Assembly (NCBI GenBank): GCA_021787735.1
Contig: JAJYLL010000003.1
Coordinates: 22,699 to 86,698, forward strand
Length of the DNA: 64,000 nucleotides
Direction of reading: 5' to 3'
Source of the DNA: Acidobacteriota bacterium
GTDB lineage: Bacteria > Acidobacteriota > Terriglobia > UBA7540
Within the stretch, counting starts at the first letter, position 1; each line of letters starts with the position of its first letter. Under the pieces are notes generated by a model. It was not told the origin of the DNA. It saw only the letters and a program-made list of their open reading frames with translations, and did not search any database. The position numbers and the translations under genes were made by a program. Positions 27,693-37,812 of this stretch are shown here, piece after piece.

Positions 27693-28778
27693 GTGACTTC
27701 TTCTAAGCCGAACCAGAGCCTGACGCCTGTGGCGTTGCTCGCTGCCTGGGGCAGGGTGCTCAGTGGCAGAGTTCCGATGCTGTCGATCGAAATCACCAGG
27801 GAGTGCCCCCTAAGCTGCCCCGGATGTTACGCCTACGGAGACGCGCACCTGGGCGGCGGAATCACCCTGAGTGAATTGAGCGACCAACGGGGGGACGAAC
27901 TTGTGCAGGGCATTTTGGGGATTGTGCGCCGGCACAAGCCGCTTCACGTTTCTCTGGTGGGCGGGGAGCCGATGGTCCGGCATCGCGAGTTGAGCAGAAT
28001 TCTTCCGGTGCTCAGCGAGATGGGCGTGTTTACGCTGGTGGTGACGAGCGGCATTATTCCTATTCCCATGGAGTGGATGAAATTCCCCCGGCTCAGGGTT
28101 GCGGTTTCAGTGGACGGCCTGCCCGAACACCACGACATCCGGAGGAAACCGGCGACTTACGAGCGCATCCTGGAAAATGTGGAAGGCCGCGAGTTCAACG
28201 TTCACTGGGTGATCACGCGCCCGATGATCGAGCGCGACGGCTACCTGGAAGATTATGTGAAGTTCTGGAGCGCGCGTTCTGAAGTGAATCGCATCTGGGT
28301 AAGTGTTTTCACTCCACAGATGGGGGAACAAAGTCCTGAAGTTCTGACGGCGGCGGACCGCGCGGCCCTGGCCAGGCAATTGCCCGCTTTGGCGAAGCGT
28401 TACCCGAAACTTCTATTCACCCAAGGCCTGGCCCAGGCCGTTCTGCATCCACCGGAAAGTCCGCGTGATTGCGTTTTCGCAAAGATGTCGGCCAACTATT
28501 CAGCAGACCTTGAAACCCGTGTGGAACCTTGCGTTTTTGGCGGGACGCCCGATTGTTCCCAGTGCGGTTGCGCCATCAGCAGCGGCTTGCACTCAGTCAG
28601 GGCAATCAAAGTGGCCGGCCCGGTAAAGATCGACCACTTCATCACAGCTTCTGTAAATATCGGCCGCATGATGAGCCGGCTTCGGTCACGGGCGGCCCGA
28701 CCACCACGGTGGAACCCTGCCAACCGCCCTAATGACCGCAAGGCAGCATTGACAGGCGCTGCACATGTTGATTTTTGA
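27693..28778 (+). CDS. radical SAM protein, distantly HpnH-like architecture
   Basis: CxxxCxxC (ITRECPLSCPGCYAY), GGEPMVRH, VSVDGLPEHHD and a C-terminal Cys cluster CVFGGTPDCSQCGCAISSG. Layout parallels the adenosyl-hopene transferase family, but the sequence is clearly divergent. Confidence 0.85.
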   Translation: MTSSKPNQSLTPVALLAAWGRVLSGRVPMLSIEITRECPLSCPGCYAYGDAHLGGGITLSELSDQRGDELVQGILGIVRRHKPLHVSLVGGEPMVRHRELSRILPVLSEMGVFTLVVTSGIIPIPMEWMKFPRLRVAVSVDGLPEHHDIRRKPATYERILENVEGREFNVHWVITRPMIERDGYLEDYVKFWSARSEVNRIWVSVFTPQMGEQSPEVLTAADRAALARQLPALAKRYPKLLFTQGLAQAVLHPPESPRDCVFAKMSANYSADLETRVEPCVFGGTPDCSQCGCAISSGLHSVRAIKVAGPVKIDHFITASVNIGRMMSRLRSRAARPPRWNPANRPNDRKAALTGAAHVDF

Positions 28779-28846
28779 TGTCCTGCGATCGGCGAGGGAC
28801 AGCAATTCCCCGGTTCAATTTGCAGGCTGTGGCCCTCAGGAAGGAT

Positions 28847-29185
28847 CTAGCCCTGCTCCGCTTTGCAGTTAAGGCAAAGGCGCGTCCAGGGAACGGCAGT
28901 CAGGCGGGCTGCGGAGATAGGCTCTCCGCACACCTCGCAAGTGCCGTAGTTTCCCCGGGCGATTCGCGCCAGGGCGTCGTCGATGGCGCGCAGCAGTTTG
29001 CTATCGGTCTGGTGCAGGCGCACCTGGATGGCAGCCTCGCTGGCCGCGCTGGCTTGGTCTGCGGGATCCCCTTGCAGATGTCCGGCTGATGGCGCAAGTT
29101 CGTCCCTTCCCTTCCACGCGGTAGAGAGTTCCTCCCGCTTGGCCAGCAACAGTTCTTTGTACCGATCCAGTTCTTTTTGCTCCAC
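28847..29185 (-). CDS. DksA/TraR family C4-type zinc-finger protein
   Basis: Coiled-coil N-terminus, then GNYGTCEVCGEPISAARLTAVPWTRLCLNC. GTG start preceded by ACGGAG. Confidence 0.85.
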   Translation of the reverse strand: MEQKELDRYKELLLAKREELSTAWKGRDELAPSAGHLQGDPADQASAASEAAIQVRLHQTDSKLLRAIDDALARIARGNYGTCEVCGEPISAARLTAVPWTRLCLNCKAEQG

Positions 29186-29434
29186 TCCGTACCCTGCCTT
29201 TTCCTCAAGCTTGGGCTACCGTTCGGCGCCAAATCCGCAGCAGCCAAGATGTTGTTCCGGCATTGCCACGGACCGCGTAACGGTAGAGTCCCTGCATCCA
29301 GTATAATCGAGAATCCCTGTTTGGCGGAAGCAGCACCCGCTGCAAGCCGTGGGGATGTTTGAATGCTGTGATGGCTTTATCTGCCCATTTGACAATCTGC
29401 GCTCGCTGCCGGAAACCCTCGGGGGGGGGGAAAC

Positions 29435-29464
29435 AAAAAAACCGGGCGAACGCTCTTCGCCCGG
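29435..29464 (-). terminator. intrinsic terminator downstream of the Crp/Fnr gene
   Basis: Perfect 9-bp stem CCGGGCGAA/TTCGCCCGG (29442-29450 / 29456-29464) with a 5-nt loop. On the minus strand it is followed directly by 7 U (A-run 29435-29441). It lies 48 nt after the stop at 29512. Confidence 0.8.
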
Positions 29465-29511
29465 CATTCAATTCCTGAATTCTTCCAGCAACCGCACTTT
29501 GTGGCGTGCGA

Positions 29512-30348
29512 TCAGGGATATTTGACACCGATAGACCCGGAGCCGCGTGTCGTCACGTAAGCCCCGGCCACTTCGGAATCCTCCGGCACCCCTGAGGTCC
29601 ATGAAGAATGCATGTCATCCCCAGCCAATTTTTGCAGCGCGGCGAAGTTCTTCACCAGCAAAGACGTACCCTTAATGGCAATCCAGCGGCGGTTTTTGAA
29701 CTCCCCTAGGGCGCGGGTTATAGTTTCCCTCGAGGTCCCAATGAGCTGGCCGATCTCCTCATGGGTCAAGGTCAGAGTGGCGCGGATGCCGTCTTCGCGC
29801 TGCTCACCGGTTTCAACCCAATCCAACACGAACCGAGCCACTCGCTTGCGGGCGGAATCGCACAAACCCAGAGCCCGCAACTGCAGGCAGGCTTCCTGAT
29901 AACTTGCGCTCAACTGCTTGGCCGCTTCCAGCGCCGCCTGAGGATAACCATGCAGGAAGCGCAGGAAATCGTCGCGCCTCACAAAGCTGACCTGGCAGGG
30001 TTCAATTGTTTCCGCGGTGGCCTGGAAAAACGTGTGGGATACGGCCGCGTGCAGCCCCATGATTTCGCCTGGTCGCGCGATCCTAAGGATGATCACCTTG
30101 CCGCTGGCCGAACCCATTGAAATCTTCGCCCGACCCGACACCAGAACAAACACTCCATGCGACTCCTGGCCCTCAACAAATAATGTCGCCCCTGTGGGAT
30201 ACGTGGTTGTCACTTTGATCGAATCAAAGACCCCGACCATTTCCGGTGAAAACGTTCTAAGGAAATTCGAAGCAGAAAAATGCTCGCGCCAAGCATTGTT
30301 CGCTTGCCCTAGTCGCATCTTCTCCTCCTTCCTTATCCCTTTCGCCAT
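29512..30348 (-). CDS. Crp/Fnr family transcriptional regulator
   Basis: cNMP-binding-like beta-roll (LFVEGQESHGVFVLVSGRAKIS) and C-terminal HTH (LTHEEIGQLIGTSRETITRALGEF), plus a ~35 aa tail. Confidence 0.88.
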   Translation of the reverse strand: MAKGIRKEEKMRLGQANNAWREHFSASNFLRTFSPEMVGVFDSIKVTTTYPTGATLFVEGQESHGVFVLVSGRAKISMGSASGKVIILRIARPGEIMGLHAAVSHTFFQATAETIEPCQVSFVRRDDFLRFLHGYPQAALEAAKQLSASYQEACLQLRALGLCDSARKRVARFVLDWVETGEQREDGIRATLTLTHEEIGQLIGTSRETITRALGEFKNRRWIAIKGTSLLVKNFAALQKLAGDDMHSSWTSGVPEDSEVAGAYVTTRGSGSIGVKYP

Positions 30349-30963
30349 GTCCCAGGTTCTCTTCGCACGCCGGCGCTCCAGCTCACGCGGTGACCCGATG
30401 GATTAAGTGCCGGATTACTCCCACAAGGTCAGTCAAACCCCTCCCCCAGCCCTCTCCGGACAGAACTCGACGTCGGCCGGTCCGCTTCCGGCAAAGCTGC
30501 AATGTCTGTCTTGCTAAACTTCTATGCCCCTCATTGTGACACCGACTCCTTACCATAAAGATACCACGCAAGCAGCGTTCCTTTCATCTCTAAATCGCAT
30601 CCTGGGCCAAATCACTTGATTAGAACGAAAGGCGGGAAGAGTGACGGAGGACACATGATCGTATGGCGGCAAGGTGACGATATTCCGTCATGGCGGTGAT
30701 GCACGCCTCGCTGGCATGTCGTATAACTGGCAGCGAGGTCAAAAATGTTCAGATTCCGGACACGGCAGTCCGTTGGGAGGCCCCAATAAGCGCGTTTCGG
30801 CGGCGAAGGTAAGTGATCAGATTTCAACGCCACCATCAGCTTAAAGAGGAGCCAATATCATCCGGTTGAAAGGGGCCGGGTCTTTGAGGGCCTCATCGGC
30901 GGAGGCGCGGTGAGAACTCGATCCCAGACTCTGCAAAGACCCGAACCCCAAGCATCTACCCTG

Positions 30964-31680
30964 TCAAGCACCCGCAGGTGTGCTTTCGCGGGCTTCGGTG
31001 ATGCGCGGATAAACAACTCCGGCAATAATTCCGCCGATAATCGGCGCCAACCAGAAGAGCCAAAGCTGATGGATGGCCCAACCGCCGGCGAAGAGCGCGG
31101 GGCCTGTGCTCCGCGCCGGATTCACTGAAGTGTTCGTCACAGGAATGCTGACAAGATGAATGAGCGTCAGCCCCATGCCAATAGCCAGGCCGGCAAACCC
31201 GGACGCCGCCAGCTTGTCCGTAGCCCCCAGGATGATGACCACAAACATAAACGTCATCACGATTTCGCAGACGAGACACGCAGAAAGCGCATAGCCACCC
31301 GGCGAATGCGCTCCGTAACCGTTGGAGGCAAATCCATCGGCGAGGGTAAAAGAAGGCACTCCGGAAGCAATCTCGTAGAGCACTGCGCTGGCAATGATGG
31401 CTCCCACGACCTGCGCAACGATGTAGGGTATGACCTCACGCCAAGGGAAGCGCCCGCCCGTGGCCAGGCCGATGGTGACCGCAGGGTTGATATGGGCGCC
31501 CGAAATGTGTCCGATCGTGTAGCACATCGTGAGCTGTGCCAGGCCGAACGCAAGCGCGACTCCAGCAAAACCTATCCCCAATTTCGGGAATGCCGCCGCG
31601 AGGACCGCGGCACCGCAACCTCCCAGGACCAAACTGAACGTACCCAGGCATTCTGCACCTAACCGTTTCGTTAGCGGCAT
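30964..31680 (-). CDS. aqpZ: aquaporin Z
   Basis: Two NPA boxes ([23 protein letters not shown]) and six TM segments. Overall AqpZ-like sequence. Confidence 0.93.
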   Translation of the reverse strand: MPLTKRLGAECLGTFSLVLGGCGAAVLAAAFPKLGIGFAGVALAFGLAQLTMCYTIGHISGAHINPAVTIGLATGGRFPWREVIPYIVAQVVGAIIASAVLYEIASGVPSFTLADGFASNGYGAHSPGGYALSACLVCEIVMTFMFVVIILGATDKLAASGFAGLAIGMGLTLIHLVSIPVTNTSVNPARSTGPALFAGGWAIHQLWLFWLAPIIGGIIAGVVYPRITEARESTPAGA

Positions 31681-31879
31681 GGAAGTTTCTCCTCTCTTCG
31701 GATGACGAGCCCTTTGGATCAGATTGCACGCAAACTATACTCCCGCGTTATGCGGCAGTCAACGCGTGTAGTGCCGTGCTGAACGAGCCCCAAATTGTGC
31801 TAGGTACCGGCAACAAGTGTGGGATAATGGCTGCAGTTGCTTGGCGTTTTTGCGGGGATCTAAACTTGGGAGGTTCATC

Positions 31880-33589
31880 ATGAGGCGGAAACTGCGCTCT
31901 CTGTTAATCATCCTTGGGGCCCTGATCGTTGTGTTGCTCGTCTTGCCGTTTGTGATCCCGGTCAATCAGTTCCGGCCAGCCATTGAGAAAGAAGCCTCCA
32001 GCGCGCTCGGGCGCAAAGTCACGTTCGGCAATCTCAGTCTGTCCATTCTTACCGGCTCGCTTGGCGCCTCAAATCTTTCCATTGCCGACGACCCGAAGTT
32101 CAGCACGTCGCCTTTCCTTACTGCAAAATCTGTCAAGGTTGGCGTGGAACTCATGCCGCTTATTTTCTCCAAAGTTCTCAACATCACGGGCGTTACCATT
32201 GAGAATCCACAGGTCACGCTGCTTCGGAACAACGCGGGCGAGTGGAATTATTCTTCCCTTGCCGGATCCTCAGCCCAAGGCGGGCGGCAGGCGCCGGCAG
32301 GCGCCAAACCGTCAGGCACATCCGGTGCGCCGACCCAGGTCTCGATTCAAAAGCTTGAACTCAGCGACGGCACCATCATCATCGGCTCAACCGGTTCTCA
32401 GAAGCGCAACACGTACAGTCACGTCAACGTGACGGCCTCCAACGTTTCCATGACCTCCCGGTTTCCTGTTACCGTCTCTGCCGATCTCCCCGGCGGCGGC
32501 AATTTGAAGCTTGATGGTAACTTTGGGCCGCTCGACCGCACTGATGCCTCGCTCACTCCCTTCAACGCCAATCTCGATGTCAGTTCTCTTGACCTCGCTT
32601 CCACCGGTTTCCTCGATCCCTCTGCCGGGCTCGGCGGCCTGGTTGATCTCAACGCGGCGATGAGTTCGCAAAACGGTGCGGCCGAGACCAAAGGAACAGC
32701 CAAGCTTTCCAAAGCCCTGCTGGTTGCCGGCGGCTCGCCATCTACTGTGCCCGTCACGGTGAACTTCGACACAGAGTATGATCTGCGCAAGAGCGCGGGT
32801 GTCCTCAATCCCTCCACGGTAAAGATCGGCAGCGCTACCGCAGATCTCAACGGCACCTACCAGCCCGCAGGCAATAGCACCGTCGTCAACATCAAGCTGG
32901 TTGGCCAGAACATGCCTGCCCAGGACCTCCAATCGTTCCTTCCGGCGCTCGGCATCCATCTCCCTGACGGCGCCGCGCTGCAGTCCGGTAGGCTGAACGC
33001 AAACCTCAACCTCGTCGGTCCCACCAACAAGCTTGTCACTACCGGCAACGTGGGCCTGATGGGTGCGAAACTTGCAGGCTTCGATCTTGGGTCGAGAATG
33101 TCGGCCATTTCCGCGCTCGCCGGCATCAAGACGGGCAAGGACCTGCTGATTCAGCAGCTCACGAGCAACGTGCAGGTGGCCCCTGACGGTCTCAAGGCTG
33201 AAAACTTCCTCATGGTCGTTCCATCGCTGGGCAAGCTTGTGGGGGCAGGCACCATCGATGCCAAAAACAATCTCGATTTCAAAATGGCGGCAACCGTGTC
33301 GCAGACCGTGGCTGCGGTCGGCAGTCCTGTTGCGAGCGCCGTGGGGTTGCTGGGCAAGCTCACCGGCGGCGGGTGCAAAGGCAGCGTAACCGTCCCGTTC
33401 CTGGTTCAAGGCACTACTTCCAATCCGAAGTTCACACCTGACGTCGGGGGCATGGCCGCCAGCCTGCTCAAGTCTCAAATGGGTTGCACAGGAAGCACCA
33501 CATCCGGTACCACAACAAAGGGGCAGCAACCCCCTGCCAATCCTCTGCAGGGCATCATGGGGATCTTCGGCAAAAAGAAAAACCCTTGA
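31880..33589 (+). CDS. AsmA family protein
   Basis: ATG 31880 (GGGAGG upstream) gives MRRKLRSLLIILGALIVVLLVLPFVIPVNQFRPAIEKEASSALGRKVTFGNLSLSIL. That is the typical AsmA N-terminus, followed by a long beta-rich body. Confidence 0.8.
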   Translation: MRRKLRSLLIILGALIVVLLVLPFVIPVNQFRPAIEKEASSALGRKVTFGNLSLSILTGSLGASNLSIADDPKFSTSPFLTAKSVKVGVELMPLIFSKVLNITGVTIENPQVTLLRNNAGEWNYSSLAGSSAQGGRQAPAGAKPSGTSGAPTQVSIQKLELSDGTIIIGSTGSQKRNTYSHVNVTASNVSMTSRFPVTVSADLPGGGNLKLDGNFGPLDRTDASLTPFNANLDVSSLDLASTGFLDPSAGLGGLVDLNAAMSSQNGAAETKGTAKLSKALLVAGGSPSTVPVTVNFDTEYDLRKSAGVLNPSTVKIGSATADLNGTYQPAGNSTVVNIKLVGQNMPAQDLQSFLPALGIHLPDGAALQSGRLNANLNLVGPTNKLVTTGNVGLMGAKLAGFDLGSRMSAISALAGIKTGKDLLIQQLTSNVQVAPDGLKAENFLMVVPSLGKLVGAGTIDAKNNLDFKMAATVSQTVAAVGSPVASAVGLLGKLTGGGCKGSVTVPFLVQGTTSNPKFTPDVGGMAASLLKSQMGCTGSTTSGTTTKGQQPPANPLQGIMGIFGKKKNP

Positions 33590-33632
33590 TTGACGCCCGT
33601 CATGTTGGGGAACCGTAGGCTACAAAATGGGA

Positions 33633-36600
33633 CTAGTCCCCCGTGGTGTTCTTTTCAAACCTTCCGTACCGCAATGAAAGTGTGGGCAGCACCAGAAGGT
33701 TGAGGGTGGTTGAAGTGATCAGGCCTCCCAGGATGACGATGGCCATCGGTCCTTCGATCTCGCGGCCCGGGTCGCCGCTGCCGAGCGCCAAAGGCAATAA
33801 CCCTAACCCAGTGACGAGCGCCGTCATCAGGATGGGCGCCAGGCGTTCCGAACCGCCTCGAATCGCTGCTTCCAGCCCCCAGGTCATGCCTTCCTCTGAA
33901 ACAAGATGCTCGTAGTGCGAAATGAGCATGACGGAATTCCGGAGCGTTATTCCAAACAGCGTGACGAACCCGATCAAAGAGCCGAGTGAGAGTGAACGGC
34001 TGGTGAGAAAAGCGGCCAGGACTCCGCCCACCAGTGCGAATGGCAAATTGACGAGCACGAGCGTCAGGTTTCGCCAGTTCATCATCACGATGGAAAGCAA
34101 AGCGATGATCAAAAGGGCGGCCAGTATTGAATGAACGAGCAGTTCTTGTTGGGATTTGGCCTGCGCTTCCGCCGTGCCGGTGAATTGGAAGTATGTATTC
34201 CTAGGGAACTGCACCTTAGCGCGGATGGCGCGTTGGGCCTGGCTCACGAAGGACGCGGGGCTGCGGCCGGAGACATCCATCGTGATCGTTTGGACCCTGC
34301 GCGCGCCGTTGTGCAGGATGACGTAGCGCCCGGACGATTCATAAACGTTTGCGAGTTGGCCCAGGGTAACATAATTTCCCGCCGGGCTCATGAGAGGCAA
34401 GTCGGCAACCTGAACCGGATTTCGACGCTCCGCCGGGTCGAGCACTGCGATTACATTGAAGACTTCATTACTACGATAAACCTGGCCGACGGCGAGCCCG
34501 CCGTAAGCCGTTCGTACGGCATCGAGAACCGACATGGGATCAAACCCCCAGCGCGCTAGCACCCCGGGACGGAGATGAACAATCACTTGCGGCGTGCCGG
34601 GAGGCGACTGAATCCGAACGGCGCGCGCACCCGGAGTCGAGATGAGCACTCCTGCTACCTGTTGGGCCAATCGGTCGAGAACGGACAAGTGCGGGCCGTA
34701 AATATTGAGTACCACGGGTGCCGTATAGCCGGAGATGATCTCCTCCATCCTTTCCGCCAGGAACGTGTTGACCGTAAGGGTAAAACCCGGAAAGCTCTTC
34801 AGGACCTTTTGAATGCCCGCGAGCGCCGCTTGGTTCTGCTGGCCGTTAAGATTTGGCTTGAGGGCCACGTCAATCTCACTCTGGTAGGGACCGCGGGTGG
34901 AGGATAAGTGGGCGCGGCCGGCTTTCTGTCCCACTTCGGCAACGTAGGGTACCTTGCGGAGAGCCGCACTGACTTGCTTACCCACTATGAGCGAATCCTT
35001 AAGGGAACTGCCGGGCACGCCAATCATATGAACGATGTATTCGCCTTCGTGAAACGGGGGCAGAAAGGCCGAGCGAAACGAGGGCAGAACAAGGAGCCCC
35101 ACAACCGTCAAGACCGCGACGCCGCCGATCACTAAAGCGGGCACGCGCTCAACAAAGAGCAACACATGGCGATAACCGGCCTTGAGCAAGCGCACGAGCG
35201 GGGGTTCTTCCTTGGCAAGCGTTTTCTGCCCCAGGAAGATCGTGCAGAGAACGGGCGTCAGGGTCAGCGCAACAAGCAATGAAGCCAGCACCGCGAGGAT
35301 ATACGCGATGCCAAGAGGCCGGAAAAGCGCGCCTGGAATTCCGGTCATCATCAGGATCGGAAGAAAAACCAGCACCACGGTGAACGTTGCGTAGACCACC
35401 GCACTGCGTACTTCGAGTGAAGCATCAAAGATGACGCGGATCGGCGGCCGAGGATTCTCCGCGTGACGGTTAAGGCGAAGGCGACGAAGAGTATTCTCCA
35501 CGTCAATCACCGCGTCATCCACGACTTCGCCAATGGCAATGGCAAGGCCTCCGATGGTCATGGTATTGAGCGTGTAGCCCATGCGGTCCATCACCGTCAC
35601 TGCAGCTAGAAGCGAGAGCGGGATGGCCGTGCAGGAAATGGCCGCCGTCCGGAAATCGAAAAGGAAAAGAAAGATGACGATGACCACCAGGATGGCTCCG
35701 ATAGTGAGTGAAGAGCGGAGGTTGCCGAGGGCGGTCTGGATGAAACTGGCGGGCCGGAACAGATTCACGTCCAGATGAATGCCCTGGCGGTGCAGGGCCG
35801 GGCGAAGGCCGTTGAGCGCCTGGTCGATCCGTTTCGAAACGGCGAGCGTGTTGGCCCCGTACTGCTCATTTACCCGCATGATGATGCCCGGCTTTCCGTC
35901 CACCAACGCGCCCCCGATGGAGGGTTCCGGCGCTTCGACGACGTGGGCCACCTGGCCGAGGGTGACGTTAGCGCCGTTGTGATGGACGAGGACTATGCTT
36001 GCCAGGTCCTGCGCCGTGACGGACTGGCCCTGAGAACGAAGAACAAAGCGCTGATTCGCAGTTTCAATAAACCCGGCGCCGCGGATGCCGGTCGCTTGCC
36101 GTGCCGCCGCCAGCACGTCATTCAAGCTGAGGTCGTAATCAATGAGCCGCTGGGGAATGAACTGGATCTGATATTGCTTGATCTCGCCGCCCCAGATCGC
36201 CACATTTGCAACGCCACGCACGGCACGTAAGGTGGGCTTGACCAGCCAGTCGGCTGCTGTTCTCAATTCCATCGGCGACAGCGTTTTCGAGGTAAACCCC
36301 AACTCCATAACGTCACCCGTCGAGCTAATCAGCGGCGTCATAACCGGAGCGCTTACGCCGGTGGGCAGGCGTCCTTCAAGTGTCGCCAGTTGTTCAGACA
36401 CCACCTGCCGATCGAGGTAAATATTGCTGGCAGGGTTGAAAACCACCTGGATGCTGGACAGACCTTGAATGGATTGCGACATGAGCGAGTGAACACCCGT
36501 CACACCGTTAACCGCGAATTCGATCGGTTGAGTGACCAGCAGTTCGACCTGGCGCGGCGACAGACCGGGTGCCTCAGTCATGATAGAGACCACAGGCGGC

Positions 36601-36728
36601 GCGAACTCGGGAAACACATCGTACTTTGCATGGGACAGCGTGTAAACGCCATAACCCAGAAATGCGGCAGCAAGGGCAAGAATGATTCCTCTGCGGCGTA
36701 GAGCGGTTCGTACAATTGCGCTCAGCAT
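33633..36728 (-). CDS. efflux RND permease, CusA/CzcA (heavy-metal efflux) family
   Basis: 1031 aa, 12-TM RND layout with two large periplasmic loops. The TM4 region GGLAIAIGEVVDDAVIDVEN resembles HME-RND. Confidence 0.92.
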   Translation of the reverse strand: MLSAIVRTALRRRGIILALAAAFLGYGVYTLSHAKYDVFPEFAPPVVSIMTEAPGLSPRQVELLVTQPIEFAVNGVTGVHSLMSQSIQGLSSIQVVFNPASNIYLDRQVVSEQLATLEGRLPTGVSAPVMTPLISSTGDVMELGFTSKTLSPMELRTAADWLVKPTLRAVRGVANVAIWGGEIKQYQIQFIPQRLIDYDLSLNDVLAAARQATGIRGAGFIETANQRFVLRSQGQSVTAQDLASIVLVHHNGANVTLGQVAHVVEAPEPSIGGALVDGKPGIIMRVNEQYGANTLAVSKRIDQALNGLRPALHRQGIHLDVNLFRPASFIQTALGNLRSSLTIGAILVVIVIFLFLFDFRTAAISCTAIPLSLLAAVTVMDRMGYTLNTMTIGGLAIAIGEVVDDAVIDVENTLRRLRLNRHAENPRPPIRVIFDASLEVRSAVVYATFTVVLVFLPILMMTGIPGALFRPLGIAYILAVLASLLVALTLTPVLCTIFLGQKTLAKEEPPLVRLLKAGYRHVLLFVERVPALVIGGVAVLTVVGLLVLPSFRSAFLPPFHEGEYIVHMIGVPGSSLKDSLIVGKQVSAALRKVPYVAEVGQKAGRAHLSSTRGPYQSEIDVALKPNLNGQQNQAALAGIQKVLKSFPGFTLTVNTFLAERMEEIISGYTAPVVLNIYGPHLSVLDRLAQQVAGVLISTPGARAVRIQSPPGTPQVIVHLRPGVLARWGFDPMSVLDAVRTAYGGLAVGQVYRSNEVFNVIAVLDPAERRNPVQVADLPLMSPAGNYVTLGQLANVYESSGRYVILHNGARRVQTITMDVSGRSPASFVSQAQRAIRAKVQFPRNTYFQFTGTAEAQAKSQQELLVHSILAALLIIALLSIVMMNWRNLTLVLVNLPFALVGGVLAAFLTSRSLSLGSLIGFVTLFGITLRNSVMLISHYEHLVSEEGMTWGLEAAIRGGSERLAPILMTALVTGLGLLPLALGSGDPGREIEGPMAIVILGGLITSTTLNLLVLPTLSLRYGRFEKNTTGD

Positions 36729-36729
36729 A

Positions 36730-37812
36730 TCAGCCTTGGCCTCCTTCCTTGCCGTTGTCGCCCGAGGGCTGGGGCGTCGCGCTCAGTTCGAGGCCGAGAA
36801 GCTGCTCTGCGCCCTGAACAACAACCTTCTCGCCCGGCGTAAAACCTGTGGCGCAAAAGAAACCGCTGGCAACAAGCTGGCCGGTCTGCACAGCCCTGCG
36901 CGTGAATTCGCCGGATGCGGTCTCAACGTAAACCCACGGTTCGCCCCGCCACCAGACAACCGCCGAAGACGGAACGATTACACCTTTAAGGCGTGGCCCG
37001 TACGAGAGATGGGCGACAACATCGAGTCCCGGCGCCAGCATTCCCCGGGCAGGCGCCACATACAGGAAACTTGCGCCTTGAATGCGGGGATCGACTTGAG
37101 GGAAACGCGAAACCAATTTCGCCGTGACGTTCCGCTGGTTTGGAAGCTCGAGCGTTACCTCGCTCGGTACGCCCACAGGCCCATCCGGCGCCAGCGTCAC
37201 CTGGACCAGCACGTCCTCGCGGTCCAAGATGCGGTTGAGGGAAGGATGGTCATCGGCGACCCACTCGCCGATCTTATTCCCCCAGCTTTGCCGTATGGCC
37301 GCAGCCACCATATTCATGTTCTGCCGCGCCATCTGGACGTCGGTTTGATCGTTGTGGAACATCCCAGCGCCTGTCTCGAAGGCTTTCTGGGAAACATTTT
37401 GATTCTTCGTATAAAGAGATTTCAAGCGGTCGTATTCAGACTGCGAAACGGTCAGATTGTTCTCCGCCTTGTGCAGATTCGCCCGGGCTGAGGCATAGCT
37501 AGTCGTAAGATTTACGAGCCCCTGGACGTCGAGCACTACGCCGGGCGCAGTCGCTTCCTTCTCCTCGCGCGCTGCTTCGAGAGGGGCAGATCCGATGCCC
37601 AAGCGCGCCTGAACTTCGGGGCTGGGCTTGATGACTGTCTCTCCGTTCTCGGTCAGCACACTGAAAGGCGTCTTTGTGGCTGCTTCCTTTGCCGCACCTT
37701 CCCGCTGGGCTGGCGGATCCTTCCGTGACAAGGCGAACGTCCGAAACAGCACAATCGCCATCATCATGGCGAAGGCCACAGCAAAAATCGACCTGGTAGT
37801 GGAGTTCTTCAT
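36730..37812 (-). CDS. efflux RND periplasmic adaptor (MFP) subunit
   Basis: Signal-anchor, coiled-coil hairpin region and beta-barrel C-terminus. Stop is 1 nt before the RND start, and its start overlaps the OMF stop by 4 nt. Confidence 0.85.
   Translation of the reverse strand: MKNSTTRSIFAVAFAMMMAIVLFRTFALSRKDPPAQREGAAKEAATKTPFSVLTENGETVIKPSPEVQARLGIGSAPLEAAREEKEATAPGVVLDVQGLVNLTTSYASARANLHKAENNLTVSQSEYDRLKSLYTKNQNVSQKAFETGAGMFHNDQTDVQMARQNMNMVAAAIRQSWGNKIGEWVADDHPSLNRILDREDVLVQVTLAPDGPVGVPSEVTLELPNQRNVTAKLVSRFPQVDPRIQGASFLYVAPARGMLAPGLDVVAHLSYGPRLKGVIVPSSAVVWWRGEPWVYVETASGEFTRRAVQTGQLVASGFFCATGFTPGEKVVVQGAEQLLGLELSATPQPSGDNGKEGGQG

Noticed and set aside
27616-27696. 26-codon upstream ORF (MRPHSTLTCRQIERATRRPYRASGRR) before the radical SAM gene, ending in a GTGA overlap with its GTG start, considered as a RiPP precursor or leader peptide
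   Set aside because: No SD precedes it. The composition is Arg-rich rather than precursor-like, and there is no Gly-Gly or core-like region. The overlap could be coincidence.
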